Source of the DNA: Eledone cirrhosa
Taxonomy: Eukaryota
Assembly: GCA_964016885.1 (NCBI GenBank)
Contig: OZ024740.1
Coordinates: forward strand, 287,804,001 to 287,868,000
Direction: 5' to 3'
DNA: 64,000 bases
Shown: in pieces, positions 54,901 through 64,000 of the stretch
How positions within the stretch are numbered: the stretch's first letter is position 1
How the letters are laid out: each line of letters starts with the position of its first letter
Translations under genes and position numbers: made by a program
Notes under the pieces: model-generated
Databases searched by the model: none
What the model was told of the DNA's origin: nothing
What the model saw: only the letters and a program-made list of their open reading frames with translations

Positions 54901-57900
54901 CTACCATGACACTATTATGACACCCTCAAGACTACCATGACCCAGAAGACTGCCATGACACTATTATGACAACCTAAAGACTGCCATGACACTATTATGA
55001 CACCCTCAAGACTACCATGACACTATTATGACACCCACAAGACTACCATGACACATATGACACCCACAAGACTGCCATGACACATATGACACCCAGAAGA
55101 CTGCCATGAAACTATTATGACAACCTAAAGACTGCCATGACACTATTATGACACCCTCAAGACTACCATGACACATATGACACCCACAAGACTGCCCTGA
55201 CACTATTATTACACCCACAAGACTGCCATGCCACTATTATGACACCCTCAAGACTACGATGACACCCACAAGACTACCATGACACTATTATGACACCCAC
55301 AAGACTGCCATGACACTATTATGACACCCACAAGACTACTATGACACTATTATGACACCCTCAAGACTACCATGACACTATTATGACACCCTCAAGACTG
55401 CCATGACACTATTATGACACCCACAAGACTACCATGACACATATGACACCCACAACACTACCATGACACATATGACACCCAGAAGACTGCCATGAAACTA
55501 TTATGACAACCTAAAGACTACCATGACACTACTATGACACCCTCAAGACTACCATGACACATATGACACCCACAAGACTGCCATGACACTATTATTACAC
55601 CCACAAGACTGCCATGCCACTATTATGACACCCTCAAGACTACGATGACACCCACAAGACTACCATGACACTATTATGACACCCACAAGACTACTATGAC
55701 ACTATTATGACACCCTCAAGACTACCATGACACTATTATGACACCCTCAAGACTGCCATGACACTATTATGACACCCACAAGACTACCATGACACTATTA
55801 TGACACCCTCAAGACTGCTATGACACTATTATGACACCCTCAAGACTGCCATGACACTATTATGACACCCTCAAGACTACCATGACACATATGACACCCA
55901 CAAGACTGCCATGACACTATTATTACACCCACAAGACTGCCATGACACTATTATGACACATATGACACCCACAAGACTACCATGACACTATTATTACACC
56001 CTCAAGCCTACCATGACACTATTATGACACCCACAAGACTGCCATGACACTATTATGACACCCTCAAGACTACCATGACACTATTATGACATCCACAAGA
56101 CTACCATGACACATATGACACCCTCAAGACTACCATGACATCATTATGACACCCTCAATACTGCCATGACACTATTATGACACCTTCAAGACTACCATGA
56201 CACATAGGACACCCACAAGACTACCATGACACTATTATGACACCCACAAGACTACCATGACACTATTATTACACCCACAAGACTGCCATGACACTATTAT
56301 GACACCCACAAGACTACCATGACACTATTATTACACCCACAAGACTACCATGACACATATGACACCCTCAAGACTGCCATGACACTATTATTACACCCAC
56401 AAGACTGCCATGACACTATTATGACATCCACAAGACTACCATGACACTATTATTACACCCACAAGACTACCATGACACATATGACACCCACAAGACTGCC
56501 ATGACACTATTATTACACCCACAAGACTACCATGACACATATGACACCCACAAGACTGCCATGACACTATTATGACACCCACAAGACTACCATGACACTA
56601 TTATTACACCCACAAGACTACCATGACACATATGACACCCTCAAGACTGCCATGACACTATTATGACACCCACAAGACTGCCATGACACTACTATGACAC
56701 CCACAAGACTACCATGACACTATTATGACATCCACAAGACTACCATGACACTATTATGACATCCACAAGACTAGCATGACACATATGACACCCACAAGAC
56801 GGCATGACACTATTATGACACCCACAAGACTGCCATGACACTATTATGACACCCACAAGACTGCCATGACTCTATTATGACACCCACAAGACTACCATGA
56901 CACTATTATGACACCCTCAAGACTACCATGACACTATTATGACACCCTCAAGACTACCATGACACTATTATGACACACATATGACACCCACAAGACTGCC
57001 ATGACACTATTATGACACCCTCAAGACTACCATGACACTATTATGACACCCTCAAGACTACCATAACACATATGACACCCTCAAGACTACCATGACACTA
57101 TTATGACACCCACAAGACTACCATGACACTATTATGACACCCTCAAGACTGCCATGACACTATTATGACACCCTCAAGACTGCCATGACACTATTATGAC
57201 ACCCTCAAGACTACCATGACACTATTATGACACCCACAAGTCTACCATGACACTATTATGACACCCTCAAGACTGCCATGACACTATCATGACACCCTCA
57301 AGACTACCATGACACTATTATGACACCCTCAAGACTACCATGACACTATTATGACACCCTCAAGACTGCCATGACACTATTACGACACCCTAAAGACTAC
57401 CCTGACACTATTATGACACCCACAAGACTACCATGACACTATTATGACACCCTCAAGACTACCATGACACTATTATGACACCCTCAAGACTACCATGACA
57501 CTATTATGACACCCTCAAGACTGCCATGACACTATTATGACACCCTCAAGACTACCATGACACTATTATGACACCCTCAAGACTACCATGACACTATTAT
57601 GACACCCACAGGACTACCATGACACTATTATGACACCCTCAAGACTACCATGACCCAGAAGACTGCCATGACACTATTATGACAACCTAAAGACTGCCAT
57701 GACACTATTATGACACCCTCAAGACTACCATGACACTATTATGACACCCACAAGACTACCATGACACATATGACACCCACAAGACTACCATGACACATAT
57801 GACACCCAGAAGACTGCCATGAAACTATTATGACAACCTAAAGACTGCCATGACACTATTATGACACCCTCAAGACTACTATGACACCCACAAGACTACC

Positions 57901-60900
57901 ATGACACTATTATGACACCCACAAGACTGCCATGACACTATTATGACACCCACAAGACTACTATGACACTATTATGACACCCTCAAGACTACCATGACAC
58001 TATTATGACACCCTCAAGACTGCCATGACACTATTATGACACCCACAAGACTACCATGACACATATGACACCCACAAGACTACCATGACACATATGACAC
58101 CCAGAAGACTGCCATGAAACTATTATGACAACCTAAAGACTGCCATGACACTATTATGACACCCTCAAGACTACCATGACACATATGACACCCACAAGAC
58201 TGCCATGACACTATTATTACACCCACAAGACTGCCATGCCACTATTATGACACCCTCAAGACTACGATGACACCCACAAGACTACCATGACACTATTATG
58301 ACACCCACAAGACTGCCATGACACTATTATGACACCCACAAGACTACTATGACACTATTATGACACCCTCAAGACTACCATGACACTATTATGACACCCT
58401 CAAGACTGCCATGACACTATTATGACACCCACAAGACTACCATGACACTATTATGACACCCTCAAGACTGCTATGACACTATTATGACACCCTCAAGACT
58501 GCCATGACACTATTATGACACCCTCAAGACTACCATGACACATATGACACCCACAAGACTGCCATGACACTATTATTACACCCACAAGACTGCCATGACA
58601 CTATTATGACACATATGACACCCACAAGACTACCATGACACTATTATTACACCCTCAAGCCTACCATGACACTATTATGACACCCACAAGACTGCCATGA
58701 CACTATTATGACACTATTATGACACCCTCAAGACTACCATGACACTATTATGACATCCACAAGACTACCATGACACATATGACACCCTCAAGACTACCAT
58801 GACATCATTATGACACCCTCAATACTGCCATGACACTATTATGACACCTTCAAGACTACCATGACACATAGGACACCCACAAGACTACCATGACACTATT
58901 ATGACATCCACAAGACTACCATGACACATATGACACCCTCAAGACTACCATGACACTATTATGACACCCACAAGACTACCATGACACATATGACACCCTC
59001 AAGACTACCATGACACTATTATGACACCCACAAGACTGCCATGACACTATTATGACACCCTCAAGACTGCCATGACACTATTATGACACCCTCAAGACTA
59101 CCATGACACTATTATGACACCCTCAAGACTGCCATGACACCCACAAGACTACCATGACACTATTATTACACCCACAAGACTAGCATGACACTATTATGAC
59201 ACCCACAAGACTAGCATGACACTATTATAACACCCACAATACTACCATGACACTATTATGACATCCACAAGACTAGCATGACACATATGACACCCTCAAG
59301 ACTACCATGACACTATTATGACACCCTCAAGACTACCATGACACTATTATGACACCCTCAAGACTACCATGACACCCACAAGACTACCATGAGACTATTA
59401 TGACACCCACACGACTACCATGACACATATGACACCCTCAAGACTACCTTGAGACTATTATGACACCCACAAGACTACCATGACACTATTATGACACCAT
59501 CAAGACTACCATGACACTATTATGACACCCACAAGACTACCATGACACATATGACACACTCAAGACTACCATGACACATATGACACCCACAAGACTGCCA
59601 TGACACTATTATGACACCCACAAGACTACCATGACACTATTATTACACCCACAAGACTGCCATGACACTATTATGACACATATGACACCCACAAGACTAC
59701 CATGACACTATTATTACACCCTCAAGCCTACCATGACACTATTATGACACCCACAAGACTGCCATGACACTATTATGACACTATTATGACACCCTCAAGA
59801 CTACCATGACACTATTATGACATCCACAAGACTACCATGACACATATGACACCCTCAAGACTACCATGACATCATTATGACACCCTCAATACTGCCATGA
59901 CACTATTATGACACCTTCAAGACTACCATGACACATAGGACACCCACAAGACTACCATGACACTATTATGACACCCACAAGACTACCATGACACTATTAT
60001 TACACCCACAAGACTGCCATGACACTATTATGACACCCACAAGACTACCATGACACTATTATGACACCCACAAGACTGCCATGACACTATTATGACACCC
60101 TCAAGACTACCATGACACCCACAAGACTACCATGACACTATTATGACACCCACAAGACTACCATGACACATATGACACCCACAAGACTACCATGACACTA
60201 TTATTACACCCACAAGACTACCATGACACATATGACACCCTCAAGACTGCCATGACACTATTATTACACCCACAAGACTGCCATGACACTATTATGACAT
60301 CCACAAGACTACCATGACACTATTATTACACCCACAAGACTACCATGACACATATGACACCCACAAGACTGCCATGACACTATTATTACACCCACAAGAC
60401 TACCATGGCACATATGACACCCACAAGACTGCCATGACACTATTATGACACCCACAAGACTACCATGACACTATTATTACACCCACAAGACTACCATGAC
60501 ACATATGACACCCTCAAGACTGCCATGACACTATTATGACACCCACAAGATTGCCATGACACTACTATGACACCCACAAGACTACCATGACACTATTATG
60601 ACATCCACAAGACTACCATGACACTATTATGACATCCACAAGACTAGCATGACACATATGACACCCACAAGACGGCATGACACTATTATGACACCCACAA
60701 GACTGCCATGACACTATTATGACACCCACAAGACTGCCATGACTCTATTATGACACCCACAAGACTACCATGACACTATTATGACACCCTCAAGACTACC
60801 ATGACACTATTATGACACCCTCAAGACTACCATGACACTATTATGACACACATATGACACCCACAAGACTGCCATGACACTATTATGACACCCTCAAGAC

Positions 60901-63900
60901 TACCATGACACTATTATGACACCCTCAAGACTACCATAACACATATGACACCCTCAAGACTACCATGACACTATTATGACACCCACAAGACTACCATGAC
61001 ACTATTATGACACCCTCAAGACTGCCATGACACTATTATGACACCCTCAAGACTGCCATGACACTATTATGACACCCTCAAGACTACCATGACACTATTA
61101 TGACACCCACAAGTCTACCATGACACTATTATGACACCCTCAAGACTGCCATGACACTATCATGACACCCTCAAGACTACCATGACACTATTATGACACC
61201 CTCAAGACTACCATGACACTATTATGACACCCTCAAGACTGCCATGACACTATTACGACACCCTAAAGACTACCCTGAAACTATTATGACACCCACAAGA
61301 CTACCATGACACTATTATGACACCCTCAAGACTACCATGACACTATTATGACACCCTCAAGACTACCATGACACTATTATGACACCCTCAAGACTGCCAT
61401 GACACTATTATGACACCCTCAAGACTACCATGACACTATTATGACACCCTCAAGACTACCATGACACTATTATGACACCCACAGGACTACCATGACACTA
61501 TTATGACACCCTCAAGACTACCATGACCCAGAAGACTGCCATGACACTATTATGACAACCTAAAGACTGCCATGACACTATTATGACACCCTCAAGACTA
61601 CCATGACACTATTATGACACCCACAAGACTACCATGACACATATGACACCCACAAGACTACCATGACACATATGACACCCAGAAGACTGCCATGAAACTA
61701 TTATGACAACCTAAAGACTACCATGACACTATTATGACACCCTCAAGACTACGATGACACCCACAAGACTACCATGACACTATTATGACACCCACAAGAC
61801 TGCCATGACACTATTATGACACCCACAAGACTACTATGACACTATTATGACACCCTCAAGACTACCATGACACTATTATGACACCCTCAAGACTGCCATG
61901 ACACTATTATGACACCCACAAGACTACCATGACACATATGACACCCACAAGACTACCATGACACATATGACACCCAGAAGACTGCCATGAAACTATTATG
62001 ACAACCTAAAGACTGCCATGACACTATTATGACACCCTCAAGACTACCATGACACATATGACACCCACAAGACTGCCATGACACTATTATTACACCCACA
62101 AGACTGCCATGCCACTATTATGACACCCTCAAGACTACGATGACACCCACAAGACTACCATGACACTATTATGACACCCACAAGACTGCCATGACACTAT
62201 TATGACACCCACAAGACTACTATGACACTATTATGACACCCTCAAGACTACCATGACACTATTATGACACCCTCAAGACTGCCATGACACTATTATGACA
62301 CCCACAAGACTACCATGACACTATTATGACACCCTCAAGCCTACCATGACACTATTATGACACCCACAAGACTGCCATGACACTATTATGACACTATTAT
62401 GACACCCTCAAGACTACCATGACACTATTATGACATCCACAAGACTACCATGACACATATGACACCCTCAAGACTACCATGACATCATTATGACACCCTC
62501 AATACTGCCATGACACTATTATGACACCTTCAAGACTACCATGACACATAGGACACCCACAAGACTACCATGACACTATTATGACATCCACAAGACTACC
62601 ATGACACATATGACACCCTCAAGACTACCATGACACTATTATGACACCCACAAGACTACCATGACACATATGACACCCTCAAGACTACCATGACACTATT
62701 ATGACACCCACAAGACTGCCATGACACTATTATGACACCCTCAAGACTGCCATGACACTATTATGACACCCTCAAGACTACCATGACACTATTATGACAC
62801 CCTCAAGACTGCCATGACACCCACAAGACTACCATGACACTATTATTACACCCACAAGACTAGCATGACACTATTATGACACCCACAAGACTAGCATGAC
62901 ACTATTATAACACCCACAATACTACCATGACACTATTATGACATCCACAAGACTAGCATGACACATATGACACCCTCAAGACTACCATGACACTATTATG
63001 ACACCCTCAAGACTACCATGACACTATTATGACACCCTCAAGACTACCATGACACCCACAAGACTACCATGAGACTATTATGACACCCACACGACTACCA
63101 TGACACATATGACACCCTCAAGACTACCTTGAGACTATTATGACACCCACAAGACTACCATGACACTATTATGACACCATCAAGACTACCATGACACTAT
63201 TATGACACCCACAAGACTACCATGACACATATGACACACTCAAGACTACCATGACACATATGACACCCACAAGACTGCCATGACACTATTATGACACCCA
63301 CAAGACTACCATGACACTATTATGACACCCTCAAGACTACCCTGACACTATTATGACATCCACAAGACTTCTATGACACATATGACACACTCAATACTAC
63401 CATGACACTATTATGACACCCTCAAGACTACCATGACACTATTATGACACCCACAAGACTACCATGACACTATTATGACACCCTCAAGACTACCATGACA
63501 CATATGACACCCAGAAGACTGCCATGCCACTATTATGACAACCTAAAGACTGCCATGACACTATTATGACACCGACAAGACTACCATGACACATATGACA
63601 CCCACAAGACTACCATGACACATATGACACCCACAAGACTGCCATGACACTATTATTACACCCACAAGACTGCCATGACACTATTATGACACATATGAAA
63701 CCCACAAGACTACCATGACACTATTATTACACCCTCAAGCCTACCATGACGCTATTATGACACCCACAAGACTGCCATGACACTATTATGACACCCATAA
63801 GACTGCCATAACACTATTATGACACCCTCAAGACTACCATGACACTATTATGACATCCACAAGACTACCATGACACTATTATGACACACACAAGACTGCC

Positions 63901-64000
63901 ATGACACTATTATGACATCCACAAGACTACCATGACACATATGACACCCTCAAGACTACCATGACACTATTATGACATCCACAAGACTACCATGACACAT
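45950..64000. repeat. Satellite array over 18 kb, consensus ATGACAC-CCWCAAGACTRCC-ATGACAC-TATT (31 bp), with 29-bp and 20-bp variants
   Basis: Uninterrupted head-to-tail monomers to the end of the window. Confidence 0.98.

Noticed and set aside
45950-64000. CRISPR-like array or repetitive protein gene
   Set aside because: No unique spacers or cas genes, eukaryotic context, frequent stops; the 68-aa minus ORF is incidental.

Overview
AT-rich, intron- and repeat-rich animal genomic DNA; the repeat families suggest an octopod cephalopod (inference). 1-17 kb holds the 3' part of a WNK kinase gene on +: 7 exons with compatible phases and GT-AG sites, a CCT-like domain, three RFxV motifs and a C-terminal coiled coil. 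The kinase domain is upstream of the window. It is followed by a probable long 3' UTR region containing a fold-back element with a hammerhead-ribozyme-like core and a 2.8-kb (TA)n/TATG array. 25-45 kb is a nest of mobile elements: RTE LINE fragments, tRNA-derived SINEs with RTE tails, a mariner, a maT-like element inserted into a SINE, a CRE-clade LINE and piggyBac-like MITEs. It also has a CpG-richer, promoter-like segment near 39.3 kb with candidate small exons of a second gene. From about 45.95 kb to the end is an 18-kb satellite of a bipartite 29/31-bp monomer with multi-kb higher-order duplications and a degenerate longer progenitor next to it. All calls are by eye; no database search was run.
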